Assembly (NCBI GenBank): GCA_965224065.1
Contig: CBDCYF010000005.1
Coordinates: 2,175,616-2,239,615, forward strand
Direction: 5' to 3'
Length of the DNA stretch: 64,000 nucleotides
From: Candidatus Multivoradales bacterium
GTDB lineage: Bacteria > Acidobacteriota > Thermoanaerobaculia > Multivoradales > JAHEKO01
Shown here in pieces: positions 44,139 through 55,817 of this stretch. How positions within the stretch are numbered: position 1 is the first letter of the stretch; each line of letters opens with the position of its first letter. Made by a program: the position numbers and the translations under genes. The notes under the pieces were generated by a model. The model was given only the letters and a program-made list of their open reading frames with translations, searched no databases and was not told where the DNA came from.

Positions 44139-46040
44139 ATGACTTACCCCGGCAACCGATCTCTCTCCGAAGAGATCCGCGAGAGGATTACGACCACTTT
44201 CGAGCAAACGCTCGATCTGGCGGCCGAGGGCAGGCTCCAGGAAGCACGGACCGGATGCAACTTCGTGCTGCAGCTCGACCCGCTGTTGGAGCCGGCGCGA
44301 ACCCTCAAAGACCGGTTGGAGTCGGCGACCGGTCCGGTGGCGACCGAGGACCTGCGGATGTCCGCGGAGGGCACGACCGCCCCGGCAGCCGAGGGGGCTC
44401 CGGGACCCGAGCCGGCTGCCGAGCCGAGCGAGGAGGTCTTCGACTTGTCACCGGCCGCGGGAGATCAGGAGCCCACAGAGCCCATTGTGGAGCCGCCGGC
44501 AGCGCCCCCGAGCGGAGAGAAACCGGATGCCTCCGCCCATGACGAGGGCACCGAGCGTCTCGAAGCGGCGCTCGATCTGAGTATGCTCGGGTCGACGGCG
44601 GAAACGCCGGACACTGTCGAGCCGGCCGCGCCCCCGGAACAAGTGCCCGTGGCTTCGGACGGCGGGAGCGCCGCGAGCGAAGACGAGCCGGCCGGCGAAC
44701 CGGCGGCCGCTCTCGACGCCGAGAGCGAAGGACGCATCACCGAGCTTTTGGCCGAGGGTCAGGCCGCTTTCGAGGAGAAGCAGTACCAGTCGGCGATCGA
44801 CGCCTGGTCGCGGATCTTTCTCGTCGACATCGACCATGCCGAGGCCAGCCGGAGGATCGAGCTGGCCCGCAAGCTCAAGGCCGAGGTCGAGCGCCAGGTC
44901 GAGGAGACGTTTCACGAGGCGGTGGCACAGGTCGAGGGCGGGGACTTCGATGCGGCGCGGGAGGGCTTTCAGCGCGTCCTCGAGATGCATCCCAGCCATC
45001 TGAGCGCGCAGGAGTATCTGGAGAAGCTCGACTCGGGCGGATTTGCGCCCCCTTCGGCCGAGCCGGCGCCGCCTTCCGTGCCGCCTGCCGCGCCGACCAT
45101 CGACCCGGGACCCGACGACCCCGGTCTCGCCGCGCCGGTGGAAGATTCCTTCGGAGACGCCCTCGGCTCTCCGGCCGACGAGACAACCGTCGAGGCACCC
45201 AAAGGACCGCCGCCCCAGGCCAAACCCCAGCGTCCGCCCGCCAAGCAGGGCAGGTTTCGCCCTTCGTTGCTCTATCTCGGCGGCGCGGTCCTGCTCCTCG
45301 TCCTCGCCGGTATCTGGTTTCTTTGGAGCAACTGGGACAGCACGTTTCCCAACGCCGGCGACCAACCTGTCGCCCAGAAGCGGCCCCGGATCGACCCCAT
45401 CGCTCGCGCCATGAAGGTCCACGACGATGGCAACGCCGCGCTGGCCATCGCTCAGCTCAAGCGGCTACCGCCCAGCCACGAACGCTACGCCGAGGCCCAG
45501 GCGCTGATTGCCCAATGGGAGGCGCCTGCCGAGGAAGAGGAGGTCGCCGAGGTGGTCACGGCCGAGCAGACCGCGGCTCGCGACCTGTTCGTTCAACAAG
45601 CCCAAAGCGCCGCGGACCGCCGGGAGTTTCTTCTCGCCCAGGATCTGCTGACACAGGCAGCCGACAGCGCTCCTCTTGAGGAGGGTTCGCTCGCGCTGCA
45701 GAACACCGTCGAGCAAGCGCTGGCTCCGCTGGCGACCGAGCTCGAGATCTTCCGGCAGGGCGAATGGGCGCACGGGCTGCGGAAGCTCTGGACGCTGCGT
45801 GAGAGCAATCCCACCAACCCCGACATTCAACGGCTGATGGTGGATTCGTACTACAACCTGGGGGTACGCGACCTACAGCGGCAGGAGCCCCTGACCGCGG
45901 TGGAAAACCTCACCGAGGCGCTTCAGCTCGCCGGCGCGGACCCCGAGGTCCAGCGCCTGCTGGATTTCGCCCGCGCATACGAAAAACAGCCGGTGGATCT
46001 TCTCTATCGCATTTTTGTCAAGTACGTCCCGTTCCGATAG
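44139..46040 (+). CDS. hypothetical protein with Pro/Ala/Glu-rich linker, one TM helix and TPR-like helical repeats
   Basis: ATG 44139 (MTYPGNRSL...). Low-complexity acidic region 44.3-45.2 kb. TM LLYLGGAVLLLVLAGIWFLW. C-terminal helical repeats. Confidence 0.5.
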   Translation: MTYPGNRSLSEEIRERITTTFEQTLDLAAEGRLQEARTGCNFVLQLDPLLEPARTLKDRLESATGPVATEDLRMSAEGTTAPAAEGAPGPEPAAEPSEEVFDLSPAAGDQEPTEPIVEPPAAPPSGEKPDASAHDEGTERLEAALDLSMLGSTAETPDTVEPAAPPEQVPVASDGGSAASEDEPAGEPAAALDAESEGRITELLAEGQAAFEEKQYQSAIDAWSRIFLVDIDHAEASRRIELARKLKAEVERQVEETFHEAVAQVEGGDFDAAREGFQRVLEMHPSHLSAQEYLEKLDSGGFAPPSAEPAPPSVPPAAPTIDPGPDDPGLAAPVEDSFGDALGSPADETTVEAPKGPPPQAKPQRPPAKQGRFRPSLLYLGGAVLLLVLAGIWFLWSNWDSTFPNAGDQPVAQKRPRIDPIARAMKVHDDGNAALAIAQLKRLPPSHERYAEAQALIAQWEAPAEEEEVAEVVTAEQTAARDLFVQQAQSAADRREFLLAQDLLTQAADSAPLEEGSLALQNTVEQALAPLATELEIFRQGEWAHGLRKLWTLRESNPTNPDIQRLMVDSYYNLGVRDLQRQEPLTAVENLTEALQLAGADPEVQRLLDFARAYEKQPVDLLYRIFVKYVPFR

Positions 46041-46056
46041 GTGATGGCGGCTCGCG

Positions 46057-46668
46057 ATGAAACGCCCCGATCGGTCGTCTGAAGTCGACCTCCTTTTCGA
46101 CCTGCCGCTCGAGAAACCGGACCCCCACACGGCGGCGGACGATATCGCCGACTTCGACGCCGACTTTGTCGAGGTCCAGAAACCGCTGGTCTTCGAATCG
46201 ACCTCCGAGCCGGATCCCGCAGGCGAGACCAAGGTGCCGCCCTTTGCGGGGCGGAGCGCTTCCGAGCCGCCGGTCTCATCGCGTTTTCTCGCCGCGATCC
46301 TCGATCTCGGAACGGTCGCGGCAGGCGTCGCGGTGGCGCTGGCGGCCGCCGCCCTCCTCGGCGCTCGCCCCCACCCCGCGGCGTGGCCGCCGTTTGTGCT
46401 TTTTGGACTGTGTTTTTCCTTTCTCTACACCGTCGTTCCACTGGCCTTCTGGGGCAAGACACCCGGGATGGCCTACGCCGGGATCGTCAGCCGCGGCAAG
46501 GACGGGCTGCCGCTGACCATTCCGCAGACGGTTCTCCGGTGGCTCGGTCAGATGATCGTCTACGCCGGAGCCGGGCTGCCCGCGCTCCTCGCCCTGAGCG
46601 GCGTGTCGCTCTCCGACCTGCTCAGCCGCTCGCGCGTAACGATCGACGACTCACCGGCTACGCAGTAG
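46057..46668 (+). CDS. RDD-family membrane protein
   Basis: 203 aa, C-terminal RDD-like TM domain. The stop TAG (46666-68) lies inside MITE-derived sequence. Confidence 0.6.
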   Translation: MKRPDRSSEVDLLFDLPLEKPDPHTAADDIADFDADFVEVQKPLVFESTSEPDPAGETKVPPFAGRSASEPPVSSRFLAAILDLGTVAAGVAVALAAAALLGARPHPAAWPPFVLFGLCFSFLYTVVPLAFWGKTPGMAYAGIVSRGKDGLPLTIPQTVLRWLGQMIVYAGAGLPALLALSGVSLSDLLSRSRVTIDDSPATQ

Positions 46669-46873
46669 ATTCCCGGTGAGAACGTCTGGCTAGCCTGACT
46701 TTCTCACCAACCTCCGGCCCGAAGGCCGGAAATGCCTGAATCTACTGCGTTGCGCTCCCATCGGGCTCCTCGACGTAGCTACGGCTACGCCTGCGTCGCC
46801 CTCGGTCGCAAGCCTTGCATCTCCAGGCATTTGCAGCCTTCTGCCTCGAACGCTGGTGAGAAAGTCAGGCTAG
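46661..46873. mobile_element. MITE-like element, copy 1 (184-bp core 46690..46873 with 19-bp terminal inverted repeats CTAGCCTGACTTTCTCACC / GGTGAGAAAGTCAGGCTAG, plus partial extra end 46661..46689)
   Basis: Perfect 19-bp TIRs. Internal sequence ~85% identical to the inverted copy at 50290..50472. No ORF. Internal long palindromic structure. Confidence 0.7.
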
Positions 46874-47463
46874 GGAATCGTTCCCTCCAGCAGCAGCCGG
46901 CCGACCTCGGCGATGAGAGAGCGGCGCCTTTGCTCGCCGAACAGCTTGACGTCGCGGCTGAGATTGGCCAGTAGACCCAGGCCCACGAGGGCCCACGCCG
47001 CTTGCTCGGCGTCGAGCGCACTCGCCCCCTTCCGCCGCTCGCCATGCTCTTCGATCCGGCCGCTGATTTCCTTGTGGAAGCTGTGGAACATGCGGCGCAG
47101 CGCGGTCCGGATCTCGGCGTCATCCGCCTCGCTGAGCCCCGCAAAAATGATGCGGTAGAGGCCGAATTCCCCCAAGTGGCGGGACTCGTACTCCAAAAGC
47201 CGCTCGGCGCGGCTTCCCCCCTCACCGGGTCGGTCGAGGACCTCTTGCCAGATACGGGCGGAATTCTGGTAGACGTGCTCGATCGCCGCCAGGAACATCT
47301 CCTTTTTCCCGGGCCAGAGCCGGTAGAGAATCGTCTCCTGGACGCCACAGGCTTCAGCCAGCTCCGCGGTCGTGGTGCGCCGATACCCTCGTTCCACAAA
47401 ACACTGCGCGATAACGGGCAGTAGCTTGGCGCGCTTTTCCTCGCTCAGGTTGGGTCTGGCCAC
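46870..47463 (-). CDS. TetR/AcrR-family transcriptional regulator
   Basis: N-terminal HTH RRTTTAELAEACGVQETILYRLWPGKKEMF. The stop codon lies inside the MITE TIR. Confidence 0.8.
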   Translation of the reverse strand: MARPNLSEEKRAKLLPVIAQCFVERGYRRTTTAELAEACGVQETILYRLWPGKKEMFLAAIEHVYQNSARIWQEVLDRPGEGGSRAERLLEYESRHLGEFGLYRIIFAGLSEADDAEIRTALRRMFHSFHKEISGRIEEHGERRKGASALDAEQAAWALVGLGLLANLSRDVKLFGEQRRRSLIAEVGRLLLEGTIP

Positions 47464-47549
47464 GATGGTCTCCCAGGATCTCCGTTGCTGGCACGAATGG
47501 ACGACAGCACGAAGATCATACCGGGGCCATACTGGATAAGATCCCTCCA

Positions 47550-49247
47550 GTGCGTATCGCCGCGCTCGCCCAAATTGTCCTACTCGGCCTTTGCGCAGCC
47601 ATAGGCTTGCTGGGCACTTTCGCGGTCGCGAGCGACTGGATCCGAGGTCTCGACACCTGGTTCTGGGAAGAGACGGTTTGCACGATCGAGTCGTCCGAGG
47701 CGGTGCGGCGCCCGCAATACGGGGACACCGAGCTCCAGGTCTCGTACCGGTACGACCACCGTGCCCAACCCTACTTGGGAAACGCCTACCGCCACGGCTA
47801 TGCTGGGTCCGAGACGGTCTCCGAGGCCCAGGTTCTGGCCGGGCGGTATCGAGCCGGCGACAAAGTGACGTGCTGGGTCGACCCGGAAGAGCCCGGCCGA
47901 TCGTATCTGCGCCGGTCCAATCTCTGGGAAGGGTTTTGGATCCTGGTGCCCCTGGTCTTTCTGGCCGTCGGGGCCGGTGCCCTCTGGCTGTTGCACGGCC
48001 CTCCTTCCCGAACCGACGGGGAGGAGACCGCGGGCGACGGCCCGTTGCCCAAGAAGGCCCGCTCCGGACTGGCGGTCGCCGCGATCATCTTCTTCCCCGG
48101 CATCTTCTTTCTGGTCGGCGCCGGTTTTCTGATCCCGTTTTTCATCTGGCCGGCTCTCCAAGTCGTCGAGGCCCGCTCCTGGCTCGAGGTGCCGTGCGAG
48201 ATCCTGTCGAGCGGGGTGCGGTCGCATCCGGGTGACGACAGCACCACCTACAGTGTCGATGCGCTGTATCGGTACGAGATCGACGGGCGTTCGTATCAAT
48301 CGAACCGCTACGGTTTCATGGGCGGTTCCTCCAGCGGCTACGAGCGCAAAGCCAGGATCGTCGCCGGGCTCGAGGAAGGAACCACCACGCTTTGCTACGT
48401 CGATCCGAACGACCCGTTCAATGCCGTCATCGAACGGGGCTTCACCGCCGATTACCTGTTTGGCGTCATCCCCCTCCTGTTCACGCTGATCGGCGCCGGT
48501 GGGCTCGTCTTCGTGATCAAGGGCCTGAGGGACGCCAGGCGGGACGCGGCACGCCCTTCCTGGGCCGCGCCCACCGAACCGGGCGATGCGCCGGCACTCG
48601 GCCGATTCGCCGCCGGTCCGACCCCGGAACAGCCGGTCACCGATTCTCTCGTGCTCGAACCGACGACGGGCCCGCTCGGCAAACTGGGGTGCACGATTCT
48701 CGGCGCGCTGTTCTGGAACGGTTTTCTCTCGATCTTCGTATGGCAGGTGGTCGAAAGTTGGAAGGCCGGAACCAAGGAGTGGTTCGTCATCCTGGTCCTG
48801 ACCCCATTTGTTCTCATCGGCCTGCTGCTGCTCGCCGGCATCCCCTATTCCATCCTGGCTCTCCTCAACCCACGCGCGCGCGTCAGCCTCACCCCGGGCA
48901 CTCTCCGGGTTGGTGAATCGGCTCAGCTCAAGTGGTCCTTCACCGGGTTTGCGAGCCGCGTCCGGCACCTCGAGGTCTGGCTCGAAGCCACCGAGACCCA
49001 AACCCATCACAAGGAATCGGGGGTTCGCATAGAAACAAGGCCTCTCGACACGCCCAAAGTCTCGATCCTGGACCGCGGGCGAGACCAACCACTGGAGTCC
49101 GGCGGTGTGACGTTCACGATTCCCACCGGCACGCCTCTTTCGTCCGACGGCGACCCTTCGATCGCCTGGAAGCTCAAGCTCCACGGCGAGATCGCCTACT
49201 GGCCCGACGTCGCCGAGGAGTACGAGGTGCGGCTGAGCGGGCTCTAG
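47550..49247 (+). CDS. membrane protein with two DUF3592-like modules
   Basis: Two repeats of the pattern TM helix - C..E/ILSS..v...YRY..dg..Y......ag..vtCwVDPeeP (DUF3592-like), plus extra TM helices. Confidence 0.55.
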   Translation: MRIAALAQIVLLGLCAAIGLLGTFAVASDWIRGLDTWFWEETVCTIESSEAVRRPQYGDTELQVSYRYDHRAQPYLGNAYRHGYAGSETVSEAQVLAGRYRAGDKVTCWVDPEEPGRSYLRRSNLWEGFWILVPLVFLAVGAGALWLLHGPPSRTDGEETAGDGPLPKKARSGLAVAAIIFFPGIFFLVGAGFLIPFFIWPALQVVEARSWLEVPCEILSSGVRSHPGDDSTTYSVDALYRYEIDGRSYQSNRYGFMGGSSSGYERKARIVAGLEEGTTTLCYVDPNDPFNAVIERGFTADYLFGVIPLLFTLIGAGGLVFVIKGLRDARRDAARPSWAAPTEPGDAPALGRFAAGPTPEQPVTDSLVLEPTTGPLGKLGCTILGALFWNGFLSIFVWQVVESWKAGTKEWFVILVLTPFVLIGLLLLAGIPYSILALLNPRARVSLTPGTLRVGESAQLKWSFTGFASRVRHLEVWLEATETQTHHKESGVRIETRPLDTPKVSILDRGRDQPLESGGVTFTIPTGTPLSSDGDPSIAWKLKLHGEIAYWPDVAEEYEVRLSGL

Positions 49248-49852
49248 TCCGTCCGATCCGAGCGATCCCGCCGCCGCACCCCCCAGGCCAGCCAGAGGTT
49301 GCCGGCCGCAGCCGCGATGGCGAACGCCAGCAGCGGGTCGACGCCCGGCACCAGCGCCGCCAGTCCGCCGATCTGGTAGATCAACCCGGCGGCGCGGAAG
49401 GGCGGAAATCCCAGTCCCCCGTGAGCGTAGAACGAGTGGCCGAGCACCAGCAGCCAGAGACCCGGCAGCAGGCTCGCCTGTCCGGCCCACAGCAACGCCA
49501 GGGAGAGAGCGATGGCGACGAGCGACAGATTTCCCTGGCTTCGCAGGACCCAGCGGGCGAGCTCGGAAGGCCGGTGTGCGCGAGAGCCGCGGAAGAGCAC
49601 GACGCCTTCGACCACTCCACCCAGCAGAATCGCCACCGACCACAGCAAGGTGACGGCGGCCACGCCGCCGGTCTCGACGCGCCGCGTCAGCAGGGCGGCG
49701 GCGGCCAGCACCACCGCCCACACCACCCAGGACAGAGGCGAGCGCAGAAAGCTCTCCGCCGAGCGGGAGAACTGCTCTCGAACCCGCTCGAGGTCGGACG
49801 GACCGGCGTTCAGGTCCGACGGTGGAACGAGCGGGTCGTAGTCGGAAGCCAC
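49244..49852 (-). CDS. hypothetical polytopic membrane protein
   Basis: 202 aa, five or more TM helices. Immediately downstream of atpC. Shares a CTAG stop overlap with the convergent DUF3592 gene. Confidence 0.4.
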   Translation of the reverse strand: MASDYDPLVPPSDLNAGPSDLERVREQFSRSAESFLRSPLSWVVWAVVLAAAALLTRRVETGGVAAVTLLWSVAILLGGVVEGVVLFRGSRAHRPSELARWVLRSQGNLSLVAIALSLALLWAGQASLLPGLWLLVLGHSFYAHGGLGFPPFRAAGLIYQIGGLAALVPGVDPLLAFAIAAAAGNLWLAWGVRRRDRSDRTD

Positions 49853-49860
49853 CGCGATGG

Positions 49861-50268
49861 CTACTTTTGCTTCTCGAGCAGCCTCAACTGGGTGCGCGCG
49901 CGTTTGAACACGCGCTCGCGCTGAGCGGCCGCACCGTCGGCGCGGTCCTTCATCTCGCGAGCTTCGGCCAGCAGCGCCTCGGCCTGCTCGCGGTCTAGTT
50001 CTTCGACCCGCCGCGCGTCCTCGGTCAGCACCGTCAGCCGGTTGTCGATCATCTCGACAAACCCGCCGTCGATAAAAAAGACCTCATCGCCTTCCTCGGT
50101 CTCGATCCGCAACCGGCCGACGTCGAGCTTGGCCAGGATGGGTGCGCGGCTGCGCAGAAAGCCCAGCTCGCCATCGTGCGCCGGCACGGCGACAAAACGA
50201 GCCTCGCCGTCGAAGACCGCCTTCTCGGGGGTCACGACGGCGACTTGGAAGCTCTTGGAATCGGCCAT
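49861..50268 (-). CDS. atpC: F1 ATP synthase epsilon subunit
   Basis: 135 aa, MADSKSFQVAVVTPEKAVFDGEARFVAVPAHDGELG. Confidence 0.85.
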   Translation of the reverse strand: MADSKSFQVAVVTPEKAVFDGEARFVAVPAHDGELGFLRSRAPILAKLDVGRLRIETEEGDEVFFIDGGFVEMIDNRLTVLTEDARRVEELDREQAEALLAEAREMKDRADGAAAQRERVFKRARTQLRLLEKQK

Positions 50269-50289
50269 GGCGCGTGCTTTGGGGGCGGG

Positions 50290-51938
<1,649 letters not shown>

Positions 51939-51947
51939 CTAAGCTAT

Positions 51948-52826
51948 CTAGGCCAGGGCGTTGGCTCCCCCGACGATGTCCAAAAGCTCCATCGTGATCT
52001 GTGTCTGCCGCGCCCGGTTGTACTGCTGGGTCAGGCGCTTGATCATCTCGCCCGCCGCGTCGGTCGCCGCCTTCATCGCCACCATCCGGGCGATCTGCTC
52101 CGACACCGCGGCATCGGTAAAGCTCTGAAAAAGCCGCACCCGCACCGTGGCCGGCAGGATCTCGTTGAGCAGGGTCTGCGGGTCGGGCGAGAACTCGTAC
52201 TCGGCCGACGAGCCCGCGTCCGCTTCGCCTCCCGTGGCCGCCTCGCGCTCGAGCGGCAGGATCTTCTCGACCACCGGCTTTTGCCGGCCGGTCGAGATGA
52301 ACTTTGTGTAGGCCACGTAGACCGAGTCGAGCTCACCCGAGACAAAGCGCTCGATCATCCGGTTGGCAAAGGGCTCGACGTCTTCGAAACGGACGTTCTC
52401 GCCGGCCTCGGCGTCGGTCGAGGCCATCTCGTGGCCGAGAAACTGAAAATAGGCGATGCCCTTCTTGCCCACCATGTGGGTCTCGCACTCCACCCCCTGC
52501 TCGGACAACCCCTTCAAATGGTCCATGGCCGCCCGCAGCACATTGCTGTTGTAACCGCCGCACAGACCGCGGTTGCTGGTCAGCACCACCAGCGCCGCCC
52601 GCTTTTCGGCCTCGGGCTGGTGCATCAACGGATGGTCGATCCCGGATGCCGCACGCGACAGATTGCCGACCAGCTCGGCGAGCTTGTCGGTGTACGGGCG
52701 GCCCGCCACCGCAGCGCTGTAAGCCGCCTGAAAACGCGCCGTGGCAATGAGCTGCATCGTCCGCGTGATCTTGCGGATGTTGCGAGCCGCCTTGCGGCGC
52801 TTGACCAGTACTCTGCGATTCGCCAT
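51948..52826 (-). CDS. atpG: F1 ATP synthase gamma subunit
   Basis: 292 aa. N-terminus IRKITRTMQLIATARF and C-terminus ITMELLDIVGGANAL. Confidence 0.9.
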   Translation of the reverse strand: MANRRVLVKRRKAARNIRKITRTMQLIATARFQAAYSAAVAGRPYTDKLAELVGNLSRAASGIDHPLMHQPEAEKRAALVVLTSNRGLCGGYNSNVLRAAMDHLKGLSEQGVECETHMVGKKGIAYFQFLGHEMASTDAEAGENVRFEDVEPFANRMIERFVSGELDSVYVAYTKFISTGRQKPVVEKILPLEREAATGGEADAGSSAEYEFSPDPQTLLNEILPATVRVRLFQSFTDAAVSEQIARMVAMKAATDAAGEMIKRLTQQYNRARQTQITMELLDIVGGANALA

Positions 52827-52841
52827 CGGGCTCTACCGGCT

Positions 52842-54581
52842 CTACGCGGCCTCGTCCGACTCCATCCGGTTGACAAAGTTGGTCTTGAGGTCGCCGACGA
52901 TCTTCTCCAGGCTTTCGGCGAGCTCGTCCGAGAGCTTGCCGCTCTCGGTGATCTCGTCGAGCACCTCAGGGAACTCGTCCCGCAGGTGCCGCACCAGGTC
53001 GGCCTCGAACTCGCCCACCTTTGCAGGGGGCAGATCGTCGAGATGGCCGCGGGTGCCCGCAAAGATCGAGGCAATCTGGTCCTCGACCGCGAAGGGCTGA
53101 TACTGCGGCTGCTTGAGCAACTCGACCATGCGCTCGCCGCGGTCGAGCTGACGCTGGGTGGCGGCATCGAGCTCGGTGCCGAGCTGGGCAAAGGCCTCGA
53201 GCTCGCGAAACGCCGCCAGGTCCAGGCGCAGCGTACTGGCGATCTTCTTCATCGCCTTGATCTGCGCGTTGCCGCCGACACGCGACACCGAGATACCGAC
53301 ATTGACCGCCGGCCGCACGCCGGCGAAAAAGAGGTCGGGCTCGAGATAGATCTGGCCGTCGGTGATCGAGATCACGTTGGTCGGGATGTAGGCCGAGACC
53401 TCGCCCTCGAGGGTCTCGATGATCGGCAACGCGGTCATCGAGCCGCCCGAGTCGTAGAACTTGTGGACCCGATAGTCGTCCTTGTCGTCCAGCGACTCGA
53501 GCCAGGCCTCGGCCCGCTCGCGGCCCTCGGGCCGGTGATAGATGCCCCCCGCATCGTCGGGACGGTGTTCGGCCGAAGCGTCAGCCCCATCGGGGTGGGT
53601 ACGGGCCAGCGACCGGTCGGTCGAGTCTTCGGGTGTGTCCTTGGGCACGACGGCAAACTCATCGCGCAGCTTGACCGCGCGCTCGAGCAGGCGCGAGTGG
53701 AGATAGAAGACGTCGCCCGGGTAGGCCTCGCGTCCCGGCGGCCGGCGGAGCAACAACGAGAGCTGGCGGTAGGCGTGCGCCTGTTTGGACAGATCGTCGT
53801 AGACCACCAAGGTGGCCCGCCCCTGGCCGTACATGAAGTACTCGGCCATGGCGGCCCCGGCATAGGGCGCGATGTACTGGAGCGGCGCCGGATCCGAGGC
53901 CGAGGCCGAGACCACGATGGTGTAGTCCATGGCGCCCAGCTCGGTCAGCTTGTCGACCACTCCGGCCACGGTCGACTCTTTCAACCCCACCGCCACATAG
54001 ATACAGATGACGTCGCCGCCTTTCTGATTGACGATGGTGTCGAGCGCGATCGCGGTCTTGCCGGTCTTGCGGTCGCCGATGATGAGCTCGCGCTGGCCGC
54101 GGCCGATTGGAATCATCGAGTCGATGGCCTTGATACCCGTCTGGAGCGGCTCGTCCACCGGCTGCCGCGCGGCGATTCCGGGCGCCTTGTACTCGAGCGG
54201 CCGGCGTTCGCCGGTCTCGACCACGCCCTTGCCGTCGAGCGGCCGTCCCAGCGGGTCGACCACCCGGCCCACCAGGGCCTCGCCACACGGAATCGACAGC
54301 AGGTTGCCGGTGCGCCGCACCTCGTCGCCTTCCTTGATGTCCAGATACTCGCCAAAGATGACCACACCGACCGAGCTCTCCTCGAGATTGAAGACCTGGC
54401 CGAACTGGCCGTTGGCGAACTCGAGCTGCTCGCCGGCCATGGCACCCGTCAGGCCGTAGACTCGGGCGATCCCGTCGCCCACCTCGAGCACCCGTCCGAC
54501 CTCGGACAGATCGACTTCGCTGCGGTAGTTCTGGATCTCTTCGGTGAGAACGGATGAGATCTCGTCAACGTTGAACTTCAT
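52842..54581 (-). CDS. atpA: F1 ATP synthase alpha subunit (579 aa, with ~57-aa insertion)
   Basis: [16 protein letters not shown]-loop. Canonical apart from the insertion between HSRLLERA and [10 protein letters not shown]. Confidence 0.95.
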   Translation of the reverse strand: MKFNVDEISSVLTEEIQNYRSEVDLSEVGRVLEVGDGIARVYGLTGAMAGEQLEFANGQFGQVFNLEESSVGVVIFGEYLDIKEGDEVRRTGNLLSIPCGEALVGRVVDPLGRPLDGKGVVETGERRPLEYKAPGIAARQPVDEPLQTGIKAIDSMIPIGRGQRELIIGDRKTGKTAIALDTIVNQKGGDVICIYVAVGLKESTVAGVVDKLTELGAMDYTIVVSASASDPAPLQYIAPYAGAAMAEYFMYGQGRATLVVYDDLSKQAHAYRQLSLLLRRPPGREAYPGDVFYLHSRLLERAVKLRDEFAVVPKDTPEDSTDRSLARTHPDGADASAEHRPDDAGGIYHRPEGRERAEAWLESLDDKDDYRVHKFYDSGGSMTALPIIETLEGEVSAYIPTNVISITDGQIYLEPDLFFAGVRPAVNVGISVSRVGGNAQIKAMKKIASTLRLDLAAFRELEAFAQLGTELDAATQRQLDRGERMVELLKQPQYQPFAVEDQIASIFAGTRGHLDDLPPAKVGEFEADLVRHLRDEFPEVLDEITESGKLSDELAESLEKIVGDLKTNFVNRMESDEAA

Positions 54582-54596
54582 GGATCAATCCTCGTT

Positions 54597-55220
54597 TCAA
54601 GGCGCGGTCTCGCCGCCGCCTCCGTCTGAGAAGTACGTCTTGCCGCTCAAGAGCTCTTGGGACGAACGCTCGAACAGACGCTCGCCGAGCGTCGAGAGCT
54701 CGCGCGAGACGCTGGTGTCGAATTTGCGGTCGCCGACCTGGACCACCATGCCCCCCAGAAGATCGGGGTCTACCGCCTCGACCAGACGCGGGGTAGCGTC
54801 CAGAATGCGCGCGGCCAACTCTTCGGTGCGTCGGCGGTTCTCGGCGCTCAGCGGCACCGCCGTCGCCACCCGCACCTCGACCACGCCCTTGGCCTTCTCG
54901 AGCGCCTTGCGATAGGCCTCGGCCAGGGCCCGCAACAGGACCAGCCGGCCCTTGCGGTTCATCACCTGAAAGGAATCGACCAGCAGATCGCTGGCCCGGC
55001 CCCGGAACGCCCGCTCGATGGTCTCGCGCCGGCTTTCGGCATCGACCAGCGGCGTGGCCAGCGCGAGCTCGATGTCGGGGTCGCGGTCGAGTAGCTCGAC
55101 TGTGCCCTCGAGCTCGCCGAGCAGCTCGTCTTCGGTGCCGCCGGCCTTCGCCAGACCCAATATGGCCTCGGCGTAGAGGTTGGCTACCGCCAGCTCGCGT
55201 TCGTCGATTCCGGTGCTCAC
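54597..55220 (-). CDS. atpH: F1 ATP synthase delta subunit
   Basis: 207 aa OSCP-like. Operon position between atpF and atpA. Confidence 0.75.
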   Translation of the reverse strand: MSTGIDERELAVANLYAEAILGLAKAGGTEDELLGELEGTVELLDRDPDIELALATPLVDAESRRETIERAFRGRASDLLVDSFQVMNRKGRLVLLRALAEAYRKALEKAKGVVEVRVATAVPLSAENRRRTEELAARILDATPRLVEAVDPDLLGGMVVQVGDRKFDTSVSRELSTLGERLFERSSQELLSGKTYFSDGGGGETAP

Positions 55221-55222
55221 GA

Positions 55223-55795
55223 TCAGTTGGTCTCGGTCTCGTCGAGCTTGGCGAGCGACTCGGCGATCAAGCGCTCCTGGTCCTCGACCGTCAGCTCTTT
55301 TCTGACGATGCGCGAGGCCATATCGGTAGCCAGCGTCGCGCTGGTCGAATAGAGCTCCTTGATCGCGGTCTGTTTGGCGATGTCGATCTCACGCTTGGCC
55401 CGATCGACCATCTTGTCGGCCTCGGCCCGCGCCTCCTCTTCGATCCGGGCGCGCACCACATCGGCATCGCGCCGCCCCTCTTCGACGATCGCGGTGGCCT
55501 CGGCCCGCGCCTCGTCCAGCTTGTCGGAGTACTCCTTGAGCCGCTCCTCGGCGGACTCCCGGTCCTCCTTGGCCTTCTCCAGCGAGTCGCGGATAAACCG
55601 CTCACGCTGCTGGAGCGAATCGAGCAGCGGCCCCCAGGCGTACTTGCCGAGCACAAACAGGACGGCGCCAAAGATCAGCACCGTCCAGATCATGTTGCCC
55701 AGGTCGCCGGCGAAGATGTTCTCGTCGCCGCCGCCGGCCGCAAAGACCGGCGCCGCCGCCAGAGCCACGACCACGGATAAAAAGATCCGCTTCAT
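55223..55795 (-). CDS. atpF: Fo ATP synthase subunit b
   Basis: 190 aa. N-terminal TM then a long charged coiled coil. Confidence 0.8.
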   Translation of the reverse strand: MKRIFLSVVVALAAAPVFAAGGGDENIFAGDLGNMIWTVLIFGAVLFVLGKYAWGPLLDSLQQRERFIRDSLEKAKEDRESAEERLKEYSDKLDEARAEATAIVEEGRRDADVVRARIEEEARAEADKMVDRAKREIDIAKQTAIKELYSTSATLATDMASRIVRKELTVEDQERLIAESLAKLDETETN

Positions 55796-55817
55796 CTGTG
55801 CGCCCTTGTCAGGCCGC

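Noticed and set aside
47580-49721. 713-aa minus-strand ORF
   Set aside because: Antisense to the DUF3592 gene and overlapping the 49244..49852 membrane gene. Arg/Gly/Pro-rich.
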